Assembly: GCA_022605425.2 (NCBI GenBank)
Contig: CM061251.1
Location: 124,001-188,000 of the forward strand
DNA: 64,000 bases
Origin: Hamiltosporidium tvaerminnensis FI-OER-3-3
Lineage: Eukaryota; Fungi; Microsporidia
Direction of reading: 5' to 3'
A program made the translations under genes and the position numbers. Position 1 is the stretch's first letter; every line of letters starts with the position of its first letter. Positions 55,655 to 64,000 of this stretch are shown in pieces. The notes under the pieces were generated by a model. That model made no database searches. It was not told the DNA's origin and was given only the letters and a program-made list of their open reading frames with translations.

Positions 55655-56770
55655 ATGCAAGGAATTACCAAGTTCATTCTGATGTCTATTGCCTACCTCA
55701 TAGTAGTAACATCTACAGGAAATAGAAATGATTACTTTCGTTGTTATGCTGAATCTAGTAGTGATTCTAGAGAATATAATAGAAGATGTCGCGACTATTC
55801 TTCTAGCTCAAGTTCTTCTGAATCAAATTGTGGATTCAACACATTGGTTTGTAGAGATTTCAGATGTAAACCAACTAAGGCAACTAAGTGTTTTACAGCA
55901 ACAGAATGTGTTCCAGCGAAACCTGCCAAAACACTTGATACTGAAATATACCATATTGAAGGAATTATAGAAAGTGCTGTAAGGAATATAGATCCGGTAC
56001 TTAATCGAGCAGCAATTGCCTTTAAAAATGCCGTAATAGAGTGTATCGAACGTACCGATAGAAATCTTCTTGAAAAAATAGCAACAGCTCTCAGCAATTT
56101 GAAAACAAAGATTTCTAGCATTATAAATACGGGTGAAGCAACAGAATTGACGAATGTATTGGCAAATATAAACCAGACAAATAATGCACTTTTAAATGGT
56201 GTTGAAAGCTTGTTAGCTACAGCTGCCCAAAGTACTACTACTACGATTACTATATTGGCTGGAGATACACAACCTAACATCATTGCAAGTGTCACGAATT
56301 TGTCTACAGGTGGTTTATTATTTACCATTTTAGGATTTATAAATACTGCCTCTACTGGTGCTAACACGTTATTTACCACAACAACAAACGAACAGATTAC
56401 TGCTATTACTGGCATAATGTCGAATTCTACAACTGCTTTGATTGCAGATGTTGCTACTGAAATAGATAATACCGGAAAGATTCTTAAATCACTTGTCGCT
56501 GCTGCTGCTGGGCAACAAATAAGATGTATTTCAGAATATCTATGTCAATTCATTAATGATATCAAAATTAATATGGATTGTTTGATTAGAGATATCGGAA
56601 GAGAAATCATATGTTGTATAAAGAAAAGATGTGGAATACCTGGATATGAATATAAAAACAGCTTTAGACCGCCTGTTTTTTACGGAAAAATGAACAGCCC
56701 TAGATACGGCGGTGTGTGTAATAGACCTTATCTGGGACTTAGGGAAGATTTGGATTTAGGATTTGATTAG
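55655..56770 (+). CDS. Secreted Ser/Cys-rich helical protein, spore-wall-protein-like
   Basis: Signal peptide, SSSSSSSESNC block, Cys-rich flanks around an Ala/Thr-rich helical core. Confidence 0.8.
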   Translation: MQGITKFILMSIAYLIVVTSTGNRNDYFRCYAESSSDSREYNRRCRDYSSSSSSSESNCGFNTLVCRDFRCKPTKATKCFTATECVPAKPAKTLDTEIYHIEGIIESAVRNIDPVLNRAAIAFKNAVIECIERTDRNLLEKIATALSNLKTKISSIINTGEATELTNVLANINQTNNALLNGVESLLATAAQSTTTTITILAGDTQPNIIASVTNLSTGGLLFTILGFINTASTGANTLFTTTTNEQITAITGIMSNSTTALIADVATEIDNTGKILKSLVAAAAGQQIRCISEYLCQFINDIKINMDCLIRDIGREIICCIKKRCGIPGYEYKNSFRPPVFYGKMNSPRYGGVCNRPYLGLREDLDLGFD

Positions 56771-57829
56771 TCACATCTTAATAAACTTGTATATAGCCTC
56801 ATAAATTTCTATTTTATTTTTAAATTTCACTTTGCTTTTATAGTTTGAATCAACAAACATCCAAATTCCTAGTAATTATAACTAATCCTATAACTTAATT
56901 TGCCCTTTTATATATTTTAAGCGAAGGAGTGTAAATAAAATAGTTGACAGCTTAAAGCTATTTATAGATTTTTTATTCTATCTTTCCTTCTTCAGATTCA
57001 TAATAAAACGAACATTATGAAAGATCAAAACATTTTGATATCAAGCGGTAATGTAATAAACGGAAACACTTGTATTGGAATGTAACGTAATTAAATCTAT
57101 TTAGTGTTCTTTCCTTCGGATGCACCTACCATTTTTTGTTTTTTAATATATCAAATCAAAATAATAGTTAAAAATATAAAGTGTCTTTTAGATCTATAAC
57201 TTATATAAAGAAAAATAAAATTAAAGAATGCAAATACAGAATAATCAAATAGAACGAAAACAAAAAGAAAATACAAATAATTGAAATAAAACGTATTTTT
57301 TGAGGAATAATTCTTTTTCGATACATTTGTAAGATAATTCAATAATATTCTCTTCATTTTGTAGTTTACAGAAAATTTAAGAACAACCAACGTGCTCAAC
57401 ATAAGTCTAAAATCTTTCTTGAAAAACATCCAATTTTCATAGTATTTCTTTTTTTTAGTTGTCTCGTAATCCTTAGTGAGAATATAACGATCTCGAAGAA
57501 AATACTTGAATTTTTCACAATTAAAATCAGCACGCTTTTCATTATAAGAACAATCCAAGCTTTATGCGTATAAACGTCTGTATAAAAATTATAGCGTTGC
57601 TCCAAATCTGTTTTAACATTTTCAAATATTGTTGAGTCGTTAAATAAATGCTCTGATATAAAATAAATTCATTTAAAAATTTATTGTTAAGGCAATTATC
57701 ATTATCAGAAATATCAATTTGCAGAAGAATTTATGCTAAATTTTTTTAATTATTTTTATTGTCATCGTGTTTGGCCCCATCTGCTTCTTAATAAATCGTG
57801 CAGTAGCTATTTTTAAATATGCGGCGCAT

Positions 57830-58700
57830 ATTGATTAACACTAATCGCATTTTGTCTTCTAAGGTTGTATTTATATGTTACTTCTTTGAGAATAAAAATA
57901 TTTTTTTACCGGTCTATTCTTGATTTCCTTGCAAGAGCGTGTGCGGATATTCATTAATCCCTAAACTTGCACCTTGGTTTTCGGATTATGACGCAGATCA
58001 TATACTTTTTTAATATTAGAGCTTAGAGATTACATATTTACATATTTAGTCAAAGAACCTTTCCAATTATCAGAATGCACTATTTCAGGTAATATTCATT
58101 AAAAAAAGTTCGCGAAGCTATTCAGAAAAGTGTCTGTCAGATTTTGGTCAGTTGTTATTATTAAAATATATTTTAATTAATATCAACAAAAATTGAAACT
58201 TAACAATATATGTTGGTCAATTCTTCATGTTTTACTAAATCTATAAACACAATGGCTAATGGCTGCAGACTTCTCTTTCATTCATCCTTGGCACTACAGC
58301 CCTATGGGAGCCTTGGCCTTCCTTAGTAATACCGTCCACCGGTCTTTTTCCAGTGGGTTTGTTTACTTATTGGGTTTCGTAACAGGCAATTTTAAAGAGT
58401 GGGTTGTTAGCCCTACGTCCAACCCCAACATGGAAGATATGTCCCTTTTAGTCGCCTCTTACGACAAGCAGAGAATAATCCAAGCCAATTCTGCTCCTGG
58501 CGGGGTTGAGAAAAGACTTCTCCTTTCTATCATAAATTGAAGAAATTCGGATGTTTAAAAAAGCGCCGACGATGGAAATTTTACACGTCAATATCATTTT
58601 GTAATTATTATACACTCAGACTTCATATAACAGAGCAGATCGCATAAAAAATGGTTCTAAAATGCTATAATTTAGAAATTGCAACCTTTAAATTATTTGA
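57830..58700 (-). mobile_element. Decayed retroviral-type (rve) integrase remnant (Ginger/Gypsy-like), split by family A copy 4
   Basis: Minus-strand fragments VFIDLV, PEIVHSDN, HNPKTKVQV and EVTYKYN occur in integrase order. Boundaries are approximate. Confidence 0.5.
58276..58513 (-). mobile_element. Family A copy 4
   Basis: TSD agacttctc (58267-75, 58514-22); full-length alignment with copy 1. Confidence 0.85.
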
Positions 58701-59390
58701 GCTGCTATAAAAATAATATTCAGAATTGCATTCTCATTCATTTTAAAACTTAGATAAATATTTCATTTCTCGATGAATTTGCTTTGCTTCTTAGATGAAA
58801 AAGTCTTTTGAAATGTTAAAGAATGCGATTGAACTTTGATCTTTTGTAGTTTTTTTATTTCTATTGTTGTTCCAAAAGTAATTTTTATTTCATTTGGTGT
58901 ATAAAGCGGGAAATTTTCTAAAATATTTAAACTTTATAAATAGTTGATCAAATAATAAATGCATTATACCATTTTTAGACACAGAATTTTATCTAATGCT
59001 AGTAAAATTGTATTCTATTTTATGTTTTATTAGCAAGGCATAAGTAAACCGAGTTATTGATAAGACAATGAATGAATTCCACGAATACTTCTAAGAGAAA
59101 ATTTCTTTTCAAAGTATCATGTTTTTATATTATACTTATATATTTGAGTTTCATCGTATTCGTTGAGTCAGGTAAATTTTTTGTGTTTTCATATACAGTA
59201 AGTTAAACCAATGTTTACATCTTTAGTCGATTTTCAATTTTATTGATCATTATGGAGTTATAGCTGGATAAAGTTGTATAAATTGTCATGTATTTGACCA
59301 TTTCATTAATTTCGTAGGATTTTTGGCTTTTAAGAAATAATTAGCATTTTTAACTATTGACATTTTTAAAAATTAAAGGGTTTCTACTTT

Positions 59391-59612
59391 TCCTACAATG
59401 CAAGGAGCAGAATTAGCCTGGTGTATTCTCTTCTTGTTGTAAGAGGCGACCAAAAGGGACTGATCCTCCATTTTGGGGTTGGGCTTAGGGCTAACAATAC
59501 ACCTTTTTAAACAACCGTATTATAAACCTCAAAAAATATAGAAACCCACTTAAAAAATCGGTAGGTGGTATTACTGAGGGCGGCCAAGTCTGTGGTGCAG
59601 ATGAGGATGATT
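59391..59612 (+). mobile_element. Family A copy 5 (small 3' deletion)
   Basis: Aligns with copy 1; (gat)n-like tail; degenerate flanking repeat attaaagggtttctact/attaaatgcttccact. Confidence 0.8.
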
Positions 59613-62359
59613 ATTAAATGCTTCCACTAGTTTTTTTAACACAAACAATATGTTTGTCTACATTAGTACGTATATTCAAAGGATAGAAATTATACTATAA
59701 AATATTGTGAAAAATACTACTAGAAATTGTAATATAAAGGAAAATATTTTAACCAAAAAAAAGAAATACTGTTTCGTGTAGAACTTTGAATTGCTCTTTT
59801 CCATTTTCGAAATTTCTAGAATAAATATTCTGGTAAATACAATTAAACGGGGTTTATTTGATTGTACCAGAAAATTATAATAAATCTAAGGATTGTTTCA
59901 TAGCCTCATTTTCTGCTTCTTGTGACTTATTTTCTCTGAATACTCATTTAAAGATTATTTGTAGTGAAATGGCATTTAATTGTTAAATATACTCGTCTTT
60001 TTGATTCGTATAAAAAACACATATAGTCATAATAGCCCTTAAATATGGGATTCTTTATGGTCTTTCGCGAACGTTTTCTATACATATACGCTTGATGTTT
60101 ACAAAAACTTTTAATTTTCTATAATTTTGACACTTTCGTCGCTTTTCTAAATATATTTACTGAAATGAAAATATAAAATCGATTCTAAAAGTCTTAGTAT
60201 TATCCGAAAATTCATATGCAACAGTAACTAAACATATCTTATAACTTATTCGCGGCTCTATATAAATTTGAATATAATTATTATGTCAGTTTCTATTAAT
60301 CGTCTAGTTTAGCTTTGTGTATTTCGAGTTCAGAATCTATGTTTATCCCTATATTTAACAAGAAAAAAAAGACTTTTTATTCATGTATTATTAGTTAAAT
60401 TTTCATGTTACACCTTTTTATATCTCTTATTTAGAAGAAAAACCACTTCATTTTTCCATGAGAACAAAGATTCAGGAATCTATATATTCAAATTACAATT
60501 CAGCTTTATATTGTTTTTCGACTTATAATACTATATAGTAAGGCATTTTACATTGTAACCTAAGTCTGCCTCGTCAATAAAATTTTATTTAGTTACAAAT
60601 ATATTTATTGCTTTTAATTATTAGATTAGATCTATTTTTTAGTCTCAAGACAGAAAAAATAATCGAAACTATATTTTTTGATTACTATAGAATTGTATTA
60701 CAGAAAAAATACAGATGAAAGCTATTTAAGAGAAATCACGGATGTAATACATCTCAGGATTACAAGCTCAAAACAACATTGAAATTGTTCACGTCATAAT
60801 TGTGAACTAAATACCGAAATCAAAAATATGACTTAAAACATAGAAATTGAATAGAAAATAAGAAACGAGTCAAACCAAACGACGAACGAGTGTAAAAGAG
60901 GGAAACAAGAATTGCATGAAATAACTTGCACAGAATGATTTTACACTTTACATTATTCAAAAAAGAATATCTCTCTAGAAAAAATTACCTTTTTATTTAT
61001 AAAACTCAATTTCTAGATTTGAAGTTTATTACCTAAAATACTTCTTTTTGATAGCAAATTTAAAGTTTTTATAAATTTATTTAAGGTCATCTAAAAATTA
61101 TATTAGATGTGATATGAAGTCAATGTCTTAATATAAAACTCAAATTTTCTTTTTTATATAATTAAGATCGAGATTTTAATTTTAAATTATAATACCGAGA
61201 ATTTATATTATAAAACATGCTTACTTTAACATTTACTTTATTTTAAGAATCAAAATTTTGAAATCACAAATAGAATCATTTTCAAGCAAAAAGTTTTAAG
61301 ATATATCAATAAAAATATATTCAAACCAAGAATATATTTATAAAGATGAATTTGCATTTGGCTAATTTCGAATTGAATATTCGATAAAAAAATGTTTAAA
61401 GCTATTTTCTGGGATAATAAACTTTTTAGTAGAATAATTATTTGAAATTGATATTTATAAAATATATTTATATTCGATTATATCTTTTTTGACTAAATGA
61501 AGTGGTTTAAAGTTCTATGATATTGTAATTTAATTAAATGCTTTCTGTTTATTTGCTTTAATTGTCTTAATTAAGTGATTTAATTTACTATTTGGATTAT
61601 CAATTAGTATAATGAATCAAATTATATAATTAAAAGAAACCGCAATATTTTTTGAGGAATCGACAAATTATATTTGCTCTTAAAAAGAATAAAATTTTAA
61701 CTATTTAAATAATAGTTATAGTATTCTTATATACATTTTATTGTAACATGTCGTTGTAAAATATGCCTCAAAACATCTTTAATGTCGTGTTACTTTTAAT
61801 GTTAATATCGAATTTAGATTATAAAATATAATTTTTTGAATTGTAAAATAATTTAAAAAATCCTAAAGATAATTCTGGAGGTTTTTAATCGAAACGAAAT
61901 ACATAAGTTTTAAATTCCTTCAAGATTTAGATGATTTTAAAATAAAAATTATAAGTTTGGGTTCAGAATATAAAAGAATGCGAGAATAAAAAAGCAAAAA
62001 GCAATTATTTAAAAGATAAAAAAATATCAATTGCGGAAACCAATAAATATTGGTCTAAGATTAATAAAAAAACGAGAGAATATAAAAAATAATAGGAATT
62101 TAATTAGGAATTAAACAAGTAACAGGATTTTGCAAAAATTCTTTGTACTTTTCGTTGAGAAAGTGAGTTTTTCTAAAATTTTAATTGATTATATATTTAC
62201 TGTAAATATTATTCTATTTAATTTTTTATACTTTTTTTTTATAAGAAATATTTTTATGCTGGTTGTTGATTTTGAAACCATATAACGCAATTTCTGTAAA
62301 TATTTAATTTTAAAAGATATAATAAAGAGTTTAAATTAAATCTCAATATTTAAGAGACT

Positions 62360-63063
62360 ATAAATAATATTACATCTTTATAAAAGCGGAATATTTTCTA
62401 TTTTCCTAAATAGATTGACGTTGTTCTAAGTTTTCATAGAACACAGCTGCTTAAAATTTTATCGGATTTTTTTAAAAATATCCTTTCCTAATTTCTTCAT
62501 CTAAAAAATGTGTAAAACCTATTTAAAAGATAAACATCTTCCAAGAATGTGTAAAATCTGTTTCCTCACGTTGAATTAGAGGTCTAAATTTGATTATGTA
62601 TCGTCAAGACTAAAATTATTCCTAGTTTCATTAAATTCTTTTGAGCCAAATAGACCTCCTAATAATGTACATCAAGTCAAATTCTGTAGGATCCAACTGT
62701 AGTTACAATGTCATACCTCTATTTATAAGTGCTATTGCATATTAAAGAAATTTTTTCTTCTGTATTTTCCATGCTCTAGATCTTCTCACTGTGCAATATA
62801 TCACGTTTTTTAAGACTTTTACATGTAACTTACCTACAACTATGGTCGTGGTTTCTAATCTGATTACATAAAAACATAAAAATTGACTTTTTTGAAAAAT
62901 TTTCACCAGTTTCTAAATATTCTCTTTTTTATACAAATTTCTATGGAATAAACGAAAATTTTGTATTGTTTTTATTGCACCGAAAATCCCTACAATGATT
63001 TTAATGTTAATTGTGTAAATTATTTAGATGCAGATGGTTTTAAAAACGATCATTATTCCTCTG
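62360..63063 (-). mobile_element. Family B copy 4 (old, diverged)
   Basis: Colinear anchors caatgtcatacc, cttttacatg..ttacctaca, aatctg.ttacataaaaa and aaaatcc..acaatgat. Confidence 0.6.
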
Positions 63064-64000
63064 ATAGTATTTAAGAAAATAAATTATTTTTTTGCACAAT
63101 GTCTAAGCTTTAGAAAAAATATTTTCTTTGAGTTTAAATGAAAATATATAAATATTATCAATCAAATAACTTTTTAATAAATAGATTTTCTTAGCGAAAA
63201 AAGGTTTTGAGTAATTTAGTTCAAACAAAAAAAAATGAACTGCTAAGTAGTTCTGAATAATTCTCTCAGTTAATTGAAAAGTTTAATGAGGTTCTTTAAA
63301 TTTATAGATTAATTAAATCTATTTCCGAAAACATATTAATAACGGTTATAAATAAAAAAAAATTTAAAATTCTATTTTCTTTGTAGAAATATTTGATTAC
63401 AACTTACAAATTATCACCTTAAACAAATTATAAATAGTTTTTTTTTGTAAATATTTTGAAATAAGTTTTTAAATATAAAGAAGGAAAATTTAATTAAATT
63501 TTTTTATTACCGATAAATATCAATTTTTTTACTGAAAAAGATTTTCAATACAAAATCGACCATTAGAACGATAATTTTTCAGATTAAAAATTATTGGAAC
63601 AGAATAGAACATTAGAAATTCTTATATCTTTAATTAAAATTTATTTAATCATTCCCTTGACTAAATAACAGATTTTTAACCTAAATTTTTGAATCTTCCT
63701 TGTTGAAATATAAAATTCTAGGTAAAAAATTTTTAATAATTTTCGCTTTTTTTTACCTTCCTTATACATCAAAATCCTTATGAAGTTTGTTATTTGTTAA
63801 ATATATTTAAGACAAAATTATTCTTTATTATGTTATTTTCAATAATCATGTAATTGTAACTTATTTTTTTATAAGAATCCAATACAAATTTCAATTAATT
63901 TGTTTCTTTTCTATAATTTTTCTAAAATAAGTATATCAACTAATTGAAAATTAAATTTTTAATTGTAAATAATCCGAAAACACCAAAAACAATAAAGTTT

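Noticed and set aside
58259-58540. Similar short ORFs at 5766, 44651, 50663 and 58259 suggesting a gene family
   Set aside because: They are antisense readings of family A repeats; starts and frames are inconsistent.

Overview
This is very AT-rich, gene-sparse, intron-free eukaryotic DNA, most consistent with a large-genome microsporidian. Support: CCC-like motifs before ATGs, reduced eS10 and BCP1, and SWP-like Cys/Ser secreted proteins. One retrotransposon C-terminus resembles, from recall, a Hamiltosporidium repeat protein; the taxon is an inference. Host genes: an ABCG half-transporter, an eIF2-alpha-kinase-like kinase, two related Cys-rich spore-wall-like proteins, BCP1, RPS10, an NADPH-domain-less thioredoxin-reductase-like protein, a Rad21/Rec8 kleisin, a multipass membrane protein and an initiator-type tRNA-Met. 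Intergenic DNA is a layered mobilome: a full-length plant/Stowaway-type DD39D mariner with perfect 31-bp TIRs, a non-autonomous Helitron with a Pif1 remnant, RLE-type non-LTR and integrase remnants, five copies of a ~240-bp RTE-derived element with a foldable, ribozyme-like 5' end, a tRNA-RTE SINE, and four copies of a ~700-bp non-coding, hairpin-rich element whose head is shared with another short element. The large poly-A/poly-C blocks look like assembly-corrupted young insertions, since two of them are bounded by exact target-site duplications. All alignments were done by eye.
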